Assembly: GCF_030144855.1 (NCBI RefSeq)
Contig: NC_082730.1
Location: forward strand, 14,570,001 to 14,634,000
Source: Hypanus sabinus
Taxonomy: Eukaryota
Length of the DNA: 64,000 bases
Direction: 5' to 3'
In this document: in pieces, positions 27,532-38,705 of the stretch
How positions within the stretch are numbered: position 1 is the first letter of the stretch
Layout of the letters: each line of letters opens with the position of its first letter
Made by a program: the position numbers and the translations under genes
The notes under the pieces: model-generated
Seen by the model: the letters and a program-made list of their open reading frames with translations, nothing else
Database searches by the model: none
What the model was told of the DNA's origin: nothing

Positions 27532-27640
27532 CTTACAACAGAACTGGATCTTACAGTACCATTGAATCTTATTTCTGAATTTCTGGAATGTGAAGTCCTT
27601 GTTGATTCTGTTGCAGAATTTTCACAAGTATTTCTAGATT
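27532..27640 (-). pseudogene. Paralogue B2 stalk exon (short form), orphaned
   Basis: atcactacag|AATCTAGA...GTAAG|gtacaa; 109 nt, phase 1-2, open: ESRNTCENSATESTRTSHSRNSEIRFNGTVRSSSVV. Flanking introns are homologous to gene C. No V or TM exon found in this unit. Confidence 0.78.
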
Positions 27641-28698
27641 CTGTAGTGATAAAGAGATAAAATTCAATTCCAACAGCTTCCCTGTGCAACATGATGGGAT
27701 TATAGCTTGCAGAATATTGACGGCGAGTTTATTGACGTTGTGTGTTTGGATTTCCAGAAGTCTTTTGGTAAGGTTCTACCCGAAAGAATAGCATGTAAAA
27801 TTAAAATGGGTGGGTTAGAAGACTGATATGGATACAGAACCAGTTGACAGACAGAATTCAAACACAGGAATGAACAGCTCTGCTTTTGACGGGCAGGAAC
27901 CTCACAGTGGAAAACTGATGTATTCAGTGCTAAAATCCCAATTAGTATCATTGTATATTAATAACACAGTCAAGTGGGATTAAATATGTCAAGTTTGAAG
28001 AGGGCAGAAAGCCAAGTTGGAATATGTACAATGAGGAGGATCTTGACTGTCATTTGGACCGATTCAGCAAATGAATAGCAGATGCAGCATACTGTAGACA
28101 AATGTGAAACTATCTACTTCAGTGTGGTCAATGGAAGGTTCTAGAGAATGAAAAGAAACATCATTCTCAAAGGACTGGAGAAATGATTTTAGTGAAAGAT
28201 GTTCCCCATCTAAGCATATGGGGTAAGAGGTTCAAAACTGAATTGTGGTGAAATTCCTTCACCCAGAGGCTTCACCCAAATTCTCCACCTCAGAAAACAG
28301 CTGAAGTGGAATTATTAAGTATATCCAGGGAGGAGCTGAAGATATTTCTTAAGTATCAGGGATCGAAGGTTAGGTGGGTGGTTGTAGGAATGGGAACTAC
28401 AGACTGAATATAGAAGATAAGCTCTGATTACATTACGTGGTGCCCTAGGTTCAAAGCGCCAAATGGTCTCCTCCAGCTCCTACTTTCTCAGTGTCAACTG
28501 AAATGGGCTGTTGGGAGGAAAGTTGCCAGAGATTTTATTCTGATTGAGAGTCTGCGATATAGAATGCTAACCGTTTCTCATTCCGCAGATGATGCCTGAC
28601 CTGCTGAGATTGGCCAGCAAATTATTTATTGTAAGATACAGTGGGAAATAGTTTATATGAACGATTTTTATTTGATTTAAAGGAGCTAGTATTTAAGT

Positions 28699-29403
28699 TG
28701 TTACAAACTGTAATGTTTTAGAAATGAACCAGCAGCAATAGACTGCACATGGAGTCTGGTTTTGATGTTAAAACCATTATCTTTATTACTAACTACTTAT
28801 AATATAGTAAATTAAACCAAGATAAACAAAAGTTAACAGTGTTATGTGTATAGATATGTATAAATACAGCTCCCAAACTATGTTGAGCTTGGGGGAACAA
28901 AGCTTAGAGTCTTGAGGTGATAAAGTAGGGAAAGTTCAGTTCATCCATGGAGTAAATGATGGGAGAGAGGCATTTCTAATCCAGGGTAAATGTAGAGAGA
29001 AGGCGATTACATCAAATTCCACAGGTTCCATGATGGTAAAATGAGATAACAGTCGCCGTAGATTTTATCCATCGTATCATTCCAAATCCACATACAAATT
29101 ATACACCGAAAGTGACTTGTCACAGTGATATCGTCATCAAGTGATTACCACACGACATACCCAGGCGCTGATGATCAACCCACCCTTGTGAGCATAGTTC
29201 CAAGCCCCAGCAATGAGAAGCTGAAGCTATTGGCTTCCCCAGTCTCTCCCAGTATTTTTTTTTTTCTTTTTCTCTCTCTCTTCTCTATACATATATGAGT
29301 TTTAAGTTCACAGCAGCCTGTGACTGATGTCATAGAACCACTTCACTCAGGCACTTCCTTAAAGTGACAGTCCACAGCAAACAAAACCTATGGATTCTTA
29401 ACA
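28699..29403. mobile_element. Solo LTR-like element, about 705 bp
   Basis: TGTTAC...TTAACA termini; 4-bp TSD AAGT. Confidence 0.7.
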
Positions 29404-32400
29404 AAGTAATGTGTGTTTTTCAACAAATGAAGACATTCTCACATGTTAACGTTCTCACTGTTCAGTATGGGTACAGAGAGACTGTGGAAAAACTATGGCA
29501 CTGATGCTCCATTGGTGCAGCTGCTCTGTGCAACTGGGGAGAGCTCTGCACTGTACCCCGTCATGTTGATGGGCTCAAACCTGCCTCACACAGGAAACTG
29601 ATCTCCAAATCTCAAAGGGAAAACTGTGGGCTGAGAACTTATAGCAGCAGGAAATCTGCTGGTTACTGATTACATTGAAGTCACAGTTAAATTTATTTTT
29701 GCCTTATATGACCTTTAAATACAGAGTGTCTCTGGCCAATCATGATGGTTTTTCTTCTCTCTCCCTGTACCATAATGATTCATCTCAGGGAACTTCTAAG
29801 TTTAACACTTCTGTGTGTTTGGTTTCTCTTCTCCCAGAAGCAGATTGACTTACTGTGGCTTTATGAGGCACCTTTCAGACTGCACTAGTATTGTGAACAG
29901 TTTTGGGGCCCTCATCTAAGAAAACATGTGCTGGCATTGGAAAGAGTCCAGAGAACGTTCATTGGGATGATTCCAGTAATTGAAAGGTTTAATGTATGAG
30001 GAGCCATTTGATGGTTCTGGGCCTGTACTTGCTGGAGATCAGAGGAATGAGGGGAGATCTTATTGAATATCCAAATACTAGATAGACATAGAGAGAGTGG
30101 ATGAGGAGAGGAAGTTTCCCCAAGTGATTGTCTAGGACCAGGGTTTACAGCCTCAGGATAGAGAGGTGTCTTGTCAGTGCTCTCTCTCCTGTGTCAGTAC
30201 ATTGTGGGTTCACTTCCCACTCCAGAGTCCTGAGCAGAAATCCAGTGCAGTCCTGAGGGACTGTAGCAGTGTTGAATGTTCAATTACTTCAGATCACGTC
30301 AAACTTTCAAATGTACAGAGAGATACCAACTATTTAATTTGGGATACTCCCAAATCTGTACGTGTGTCTCAGATTTCATGGAACTCGAAGGTTGAGATGG
30401 GGATCAGTAGGATTATTTGAGCCCAATATCCTGACTTCCTTCTCACCTACAGACCAATTTATTAGCTCCAGAAAGAAATCCCTCATGATGTCTGAAACTG
30501 TGCCCTCTGGTTTTGATGGAACTTATATAGGATTTTACTTGTCAAGTATTTCTCTGTGTAGTAAAAAGATGCTGCTACAGTGGTCATTTCCACTTTAGTG
30601 CCCAGATCTGCTCTCTTCAGCAACTACTTTACCATCTCACTCTATTCCAAATTTTGGGGAGTTATGGACTTACATCCAAAATTTGTACATTGTTCTGGAT
30701 CTGCCTTGGTGATAATTCAATCAAACCCTTTTTTTTGGGGGGAACTTGCTACTGAGAAAGGAGCAAAATAGGAAATAGGTGTGATGTAGAAGGGGCTTTG
30801 CATGCAAACTCAGCATACAGTATTTCACTTCACTCCCTCCACTCTCTGAAAGCTGTGTCCACTCTTTGAAGGAACCTTTAAAGCTCATCTCTTGTGAATT
30901 CTATTCCATCTGTCAGTGCAATTTCAAGACCTCTGATGGGATTTCACTTTGCTTCGGTTTGATATGAGGGGAAAACCTTGTGAATGGAATTGCTCGTTTG
31001 CAATGGGTAAAATCCATGTCAGATCTGTTCTTAAACCTTATCAACTCCATGTTGACAGAAAATGGTGAGTGTGAGTAGAAAGGCCCTGCATGTTCTATTT
31101 CTCATAGAATCACAGGGCACAGTAAATGGACAGGTCACACTTGTCCAAAGGGAAGACATTTCTGTCTTAACTATCTCACCCCCATGGTCTCCCTAACCCT
31201 TGACCCTGTAAACCTTTGCACAGAATTTCAGTTGCTAACTTCCCTACATTCCTGTTCACCTGGTTGGAACTTTCAATGTTAGTCAACATGTGATTCATCC
31301 AGATTCATGCCCGGAGCAGATGAAGCCTGCAGTGAGTTTCAGTGCAAGGGATAAAAATTCTCACATATTGGAGAAGTGATACAGAATCAGAAATAGTTTC
31401 AATATGACTGGCATATTGAAGCAGCCCAATGATTCCCATTTGAACTGTTCACAGATTCATCAATTATCAGTGCCATCTTGAAGTTTAACTAAAAAATGTT
31501 AATTGTTCAACCTTGATTTCATTGTAAACACGAGAAGATCGGCTGGAAACCCAAAGTGCAGTCAGAAAATGCTGGAGGAAATCAGCAGGTCTGACAGCAT
31601 CTTTGAAAATGAACAGATAGTTGACATTTTGGGCCAAGATGTTCAATGCAACCTTTCAGACCTTTCTTCAGGACTGAGAAGGAAGGGGGGATACGTCTGG
31701 ATAAAAAGATGGGGAGGGGAAGGAGGCTGTCAGGAAGGTGATTGGTGAAACAAGGTTGGTGAGAAAGATCAAGGGGTAGAGAAGGTATCTAAGAGGAGAG
31801 TAGAGTGGACATTGGAGAAAGGGGAGAAGGAGGCATCCGAGGGGAATGTAACAGACAGGCCTGAAACCTTGACTATCTGTACATTTCCATAGATGCTGCC
31901 TGACTTGCTAAGTTGCTCCAGAATTTTTTTTGTGTTGCTTTTGATTTCACAGTAGTGTGGGGATAGGGGGGTGGGGTTGAGGTGATCCAACTTTATATTT
32001 TCCTTAATTTTTGTTGCTGACTTTGCAATTGTGTATAAGCACTTAATTTCACGTAGTATATAAACCGGTCAATGACAAAATCATTCTGAATACATAGCGA
32101 GCTTTTGTTACTTTGGGTTTGTGCAGTATATTAGCTTATTTCTGCTTTATTTCTGTACATTGTATAGTAAGAGTGTGGTCTCTGTTGTGACAGTCACTGC
32201 TGTCATCTGTGTAATGTTCACCCTCAGTGAAGGATGTGGTTAGAACTTCTGCCTTCTTCACTTCTCCTAGCAAACAGAATATAGAGAAGTACCAATGGAT
32301 ACTATGTATAGGCAGACTGTTCTAGTCTCCTCCTGCATTGGCCCATCACTTCTTGGAAAACTTCTGAACAATCGTGGTTCAATATGCAGATGAGAATAAG

Positions 32401-33784
32401 TGCAGAGATGCAAAACATCTTCAGCAAAACATTTTTGTTTCAGATTTACTTTATTGATCCTAAGGGAAATTGGTCAGCAATTGATCAGCAACTAGACCAA
32501 TGAACAGCAATAACAGTTTGTTGTAGAAATGTGAAAAGGCCATTTAATCACTGTGGTTAAACCTAATTCCAATCTATGCACACCTGGCAATACAACAGTG
32601 GGATTGTAAAACATCTTCCATTCTGTTGTGAAGTTATCCAACAACTGTAGCTTTATAAAGTATTGGTCAGACTGCACATGGAATATGATAAGCAGTTTTG
32701 TGCACCTTATCTTTGAATGTATGTTCTGCAATTGAAGAGGATCCAAAGAACGATCCCAGAAATGAAGAGGTTAACGTATGAGGAGTGTTTGATGGCTGTG
32801 GGCCTGTACTTGGCTGGAGTTTAGAAGAATGGTTGGGGTCGGGGGGGGAGTAGGTAGGGAGGTGGTGTTTGCATTGAAACCTCGTAAATCTCGAAGGGCA
32901 AAAATCCATGATGGACTGTATGTGGAGAGGATGTTTCCAACGGTGTGTGACTTGCTGACCAGAGGGTGCTGATTCTGTGGAATTCATTGTCACTTGAAGT
33001 GGAGTTTGATAGGTTTTTGATTAGTTAGGGTGTCAAAGGTTATGGGGAGAATGGGGTTGAGGGGTATAAAAATATCAGCCATTATAGAAAGAGGAATAGA
33101 CTCGGTGGGCTGAAAGGACTCAGGTTTAACATGTCCAGAGTCACAATTGGGACCACTGCATCTGGAACTATCTCCAGCTCATTAACACCCAACAGATAAC
33201 CCTGAGCTGAAGAGGTCAAGATCTCCAAACAGACTCTGGTGTTACTGCTTCACATTGCCACATAGCAGCTGAAGGATAAAATGTGGTATTACTCCTTGTG
33301 AGTATGGCATTTCAAAGATTAAAATTCAAATTAAATTTATTATCTAAGTGCATATATATGTCACTATATACTACACTGATTATAATGCAGTTCACCTTCT
33401 CTCATTTTCAAGACTCTTTATCGTCCATTCATGGGCTACAGTCACAGATCATTACTGAAAAAAGTTACACCCTCAATTTGCAGATTCACACCCTGATGAC
33501 CGATGGATGCTGCAATATTTTGCAGCTCACTCATTTCATTCAGCACCAACTTTTATTTCCATTGCTGCTTCTCCTTTAAGAACTTTGTACAGTGACTGGA
33601 AATGTTCATGCCAGTGTCTCTTTCTCACTCCACTTCTACAAAATGTGTCACTGAAGGTCACCTTATCAAACTTGAAATTATTATCAAAGTATGTGTCACC
33701 TGGAGATTCATTTTCTTACAGGCATTCACAGTAGAACCAAGAAATATGTAACACTCAGCTCTATCAACCCACGTTCGTCTAGGG

Positions 33785-35528
33785 CGGGGGTCGGCAACCT
33801 GCGGCTCCCGAGCCATTTGTGGCTCTTTCACCTCTGTGCTGCAGCTCCCTGTGGCTTTGGGAAATAATTGGTCAGTATTTAATTAAAATGTATTTTATGT
33901 TAGTTTGTTAGCTTTTGAAATGTAATTCTAAATTTGAAGATTATGGTGATCTTGTACAATCTAAGTGTGGCGACATCCGAAACGGCTCACAATTAGCCAG
34001 CATTCCAGCTAAGGGAGATAGCCTACGGGGGTTTGTGAGTACGCGTCTTTTGCAGCATCTGCGTCCATGGGGGCTGGGTTGAGAGAGGCTTAAAAGCAAG
34101 GCTGTTTAGTTCGAATAAAGCTAACTTTGACTGCAGTTTACTGACACCGCTACAACGTGTTTTTATCGCTGGCTGTCCAGACGGAAGGTGCTGAAATGCT
34201 TTGTCGCGTGTCTGGAAGAAGTGAAAACTTTCCTGGGCAGCAAAGGGCTCACCTTTCCTGAGCTGGAACAGCCAGAGTGGCTGGAAAAGCTACACTTCAT
34301 GGTAGACATGACAGCGCACCTGAACACGCTGAACACAGCTCTTCAGGGGTAAGGACGTACAGCCCTGCACATGTTGGAGGATGTTTTGGCATTCGAGCGC
34401 AAGTTGACAGTGCTTGCCAGAGATTTACAGAAAGGCACTTTGTCTCACTTCCCCAATTTGAGAGAGTTCAAACAAGGTCACGACATGATAATTTCGGAGT
34501 ATTTACATTCTGCAATCATCGCAATGCAAACATCGTTTGGGAAATGCTTCTGTGAGTTCAGAGAGGAAAAAAACACATTATCCTTCCCGGTCACTTCCCT
34601 AAGTATCAATCCATCCCTACTGAATACGACTGCATTGGCAGGTGTGAGTCAACCTGATCTTGAGATGGAACTGGCCGACATAGCCGACAAAGACATATGG
34701 GTGTCCAAGTTTAGACGCTTGACAGCAGACCTTGAAGATGTTGCCCGTTCTTGCTCAGAAACACAAATGGAGTGATATTGAAAACCTTCCAAAACCGGAC
34801 AAACTTGTGTTCGAAACATGGAATGCTATGCCCGACATTTATGTAAACATTAAAAAGTATGCGCTTTGAGTCCTGTCGATCTTTGGATCCACATATGTAT
34901 GTGAGCAGGTGTTCTCCAACATGAACTTTATTAAAAACAAACATCGCGCACGCCTCACAGATGACAGCTTGCGATCCTGTGTAAAGATGAAGGTGACGTC
35001 ATACAGCCCTGATGTGCAGACGCTGTGCGCTGAGGTCCAGGAGCAGAAATCCCATTAACCAAGTATGATAAATATTTTAATTGCCTATTATTTTATGTGT
35101 ATTCATATTTTTTCATTGTTCAGTGAAATAGTCCTTTTATTTTTCAGGCTGACAGCTGGCTGATGTTATTTTTGGTTTGCTGCTGGCGGAAAATTTAAGT
35201 TCGGCGTTTTTCATAAATACAAGAAGGACTCAAATAGACGTTGAGTATTTTACTTAAAAGTAACTTTCAACCCAATGTCTTTTTTTCAGAGTTCAAAATG
35301 TTTTTGTTGCATGCAGAAATGTAATTTCGTTTTCTCTGCAGGAGTTCATCAATTTCATAAATGCAACACATTATAGTTTGTTTATACATAGCATAAAGGC
35401 AAAAAAAACGTTGTATGCAGTGTTATTTCATTTTAAATGTCAAACGGGTTTTGCGGCTCCCAGTGTTTTCTTTTCTGTGGGAAACGGGTCCAAGTGGCTC
35501 TTTCAGTGGTAAAGGTTGCTGACCCCTG
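33785..35528 (+). mobile_element. hAT (Charlie/SPIN, GTF2IRD2-like) deletion derivative
   Basis: TIRs cgggggtcggcaacc / ggttgctgacccctg; perfect 8-bp TSD GTCTAGGG (33777-33784, 35529-35536). Transposase C-terminal remnants about 34150-35060. Confidence 0.93.
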
Positions 35529-37724
35529 GTCTAGGGGAAACCATTGTCTGCCACTAAACCGTGCCTCACGTTTGCATATAGAGATGCTGTGTATGCACCC
35601 CAGCACAAACCCGCAACATAAAATATCAGGCAGTACACAATGTGCGTTTGAACGATCACACTTTATGAATTTTACTGTAACTATGGATTAGTAGAGAAAT
35701 AAAAATATAAAATAAAAAGACGCCAAAAATAGAAACTATACAGTTAGTGCTCATGTTGGAGCACACACAATATCCTCGGTCCACCATTCAATTTCCTCCA
35801 AACTGCACGACCCTCGGACAGGGACCAACCCGCTGTGGTCTATCAGAGCACTTCCCGCACGTCCTCCCTCTTCACTTCTCCTCGCCGAATTTCCCATGCA
35901 TCAACCCCAGATCCCACACATACAGATAGAATAACAAGACTCCCATTGGCTAGTCCCCCCATTATCAGTAGTTATAACCCACACATTTCAGCTACAGAGA
36001 AAATTGCCTCATTGTTTCAATGTGAGTATTATTAACAGTAAGTTAATACTAATCAGGAAGATATTGGTAACAAGCGGCTGGTTCTGGGGTTGGTGGGGGG
36101 CTTTACCTCCGGTGTGCATTGTTTGTAGTTCTACCACCCATGCCGCACGAGGTACCTGAAAGCCTCTGTATTGTAAATATCATTTGCCGTCCCAGATAAA
36201 GATGCTCTTTTGGCCATAAAATTGTCTAGTGGTCCTTTAGTAAAGTAGAAGTTACCACAGATTTCTGGCAACGAGGTGAACTGGTTTTGTGGATGTGTCG
36301 GCACGTTTCGAACAGGAGTTGCGCGGGGATGAGGAGCCTTGCATTTCGGATGGCTACGTTCAGGACAATCGGTGAATTTGTGGAGCAAAACGAGGACTGG
36401 CTGGAGTATGAGGAAAGGTTGGGACACGTTTTCTGTGCTAATGGAATTACTGAGGAGGCTAAGAAGTGCTCTATTCTCCTGAGTGTGTGTGGGGCAAAGA
36501 CTTACAAGCTGATAAGGAACTTAGCCATGCCGCAGAAACTGGGGGAAATTCCATATGACGAACCGGTCAAGCTCATGGGGAACCACCACAATCTGAAACC
36601 TTCAGTGATAGTCCAACAGTTCAAGTTTCACAGCCATTTCAGGAAGCCAGGTCAGTCTGTGGTCAATATTGTGGTTGAGCATTGCGATTTCGAAGCCGTG
36701 TTGGATGACCTGCTCTGTGACAGATTAGTATGCAGCATTAATAATGACGCCGTACAATGCCGCTTGTTGGGAGAAAGCCCACCGTTGACTTAGAGATTGC
36801 CCAAGGCATGGAGCTGGCTGCTAATAATGCTAAGGATATCCAGAAAGGACATAGGGGGGTTGCAGTCGGCAGTCAGGAGGGAGACTGGTAAACAGGCAAA
36901 GCGGGTGGAAATGTTTTTGGTGTGGAGGGATGTACTATGCAAATATTTGCAATTTCAAAGTTACTGTCTGCCATGCTTGTAGCAAAAAGGGACATTTAGC
37001 TAAAAAGTGCAGGAGCATAAAGGGCAAGGTTAAGCCTGGGCAGGGGAAAGCTCAGCAGATTCAGGCAGCCTCACACCACCTAGCAGAAGCAGACGAGGAG
37101 GCAGCGTGTGCCTACAACATGTTTGGTGTGGAAACGGATGAGGGACCACCTGAATCTTATTATGCCACAGTCACTGTTCAGGGAATGGACAAAAAAGTTC
37201 AAGATTGATTCAGGGACTATTGGATTGGTCATTAGTGAAGAGACCTACAGGAGGACATGGGGGTCCAACCTGCCTTCCATCAGACCGTCTAAGCGCAAAC
37301 TCAGGACCTATACTGCGCAGCCCATAGGGGTGTTATATGTGGGTATTTCAGCCGGGGTTCAGAAGGCTGAAGCCAGGCTGGTGATAGCTAAGGGCAGTGG
37401 GCCCAGTCTTTTGGGCCACGATTGGCTTCACAAAATTCGCCTCAACTGGCACGAAATTAAGTATGCACACATGGCGGAGGACATTCTGCAGCGGTATTGT
37501 GACGTTTTCAGGACGAGCTGGGTGCACTGAAGGGCGTGACCGTGAAACTCCATGTTGACCCTGAGGCCACACCACGTTTTTTTAAGCCCAGGTCAGTGCC
37601 CTTTGCCATAAAAGGCAAAGTCGAGGAGGGGCTGGAATGTTTACAGGGGATGGGCATCATTGAGCCCATCCAGTTTTCAAGGTGGGCAGCTCCCATTGTT
37701 CCAGTTTTGAAGGCAGACAAAACG

Positions 37725-38705
37725 CTTGTTGCAGTGTATGACGAACAAGAGGCGCAGTGTGCAGATGAATTCACTGATGGCAATGTGAGTGACAGACATA
37801 GTCCAGACACATTTGAGAGTGAGCTCACAGCACAGCTTGTGGCTTTTCAGCCTATTACAGGAGAAACTGAAGTTACCCCCTCGGCACTGAAAGCCAGCAA
37901 GCCACTTCCAGTACAACAAAGCAGTGACCCAGCTCTGGTACCACCTGCCCAGTTCCAGCAAGGTGCATCTCAGCCTGATGGTCCCACCAAACGGAATCTG
38001 CATGTGAAGCTATCATAACAGTAGCAAATGGGGCACCCACAGACAATATAAGAACAGAGCCTCCAGGACCACCAGACAAGCATTCAACAAGCACTCTAAG
38101 TGATTTGACAAAGAAGGTAGAATTTTCTGGAGATGGTAGCCCCCTGGGAATCCATGTGATGCCATTTAACTCTATGCTGACTGGAAGATTCCTTGGCCTG
38201 AGTATTTGTTGTATTGAAGAGAACCTGCTCCAGGAGAATGAATGTATCAGTGACTGTGATTTAACAGTCAAGACCTTTGTTCAAGCACAAGAGGTTTTCC
38301 GAAATGCATTGCAATTTCCTGCTGTTGAACTCCAGGTAGTTCCAGGTTATACCAAGGAACTCTATGAAAAATTTGTGATTTGGTCTATTCTGAGCCATGG
38401 TCGTGACAATGATTCAAAAACCAAACAACACACATAAAATGCTGGTGCAACACAGCAGGCCAGGCAGCATCCATAAGGAGGAGCACTGTCGATGTTTTGG
38501 GCCTAGATCCTTCGTCAGGACTGACAAAACTCTTTAAATTCAAAAACCAAAGTTCCTTCTTCAGTGGATTCCAAGCCAGGTGGCAAACCTGCAGATGCCA
38601 TTTATCCCAAAAATGCTGAGAATAGCTTGCCACTGATTTCAAAGAAGCTCAGTTGTCCAAAACAGTTAAGGAGCAATGACTGCTTAATGCATACCAGGAA
38701 AGCAT
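37725..38705 (+). pseudogene. PARD3B: Intronless PARD3B fragment (post-PB1 region, PDZ1, start of PDZ1-2 linker) captured inside a Gypsy element
   Basis: LVAVYDEQE..DRHSPDTFESELTAQLVAFQPITGETEVTPSALK..SSDP and TLSDLTKKVEFSGDGSPLGIHVMPFNSMLTGRFLGL..ENECI..DLTVKTFVQAQEVFRNAL..YEK..DSKTKVP closely follow PARD3B as I recall it. One frameshift near 38010; small in-frame deletions; the 3' end is approximate. Confidence 0.9.
38426..38551. mobile_element. Short retroelement tail (Penelope-like or SINE) inserted in the captured PARD3B
   Basis: 14-bp TSD ATTCAAAAACCAAA at 38412-38425 and 38538-38551; similar sequence at 46060-46240. Confidence 0.75.

Noticed and set aside
32380-32420. MFCISALILICIL, resembling a signal-peptide exon for B2
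   Set aside because: No splice donor at the expected phase-1 position. Exon 1 of A, B1 and B2 was not found.
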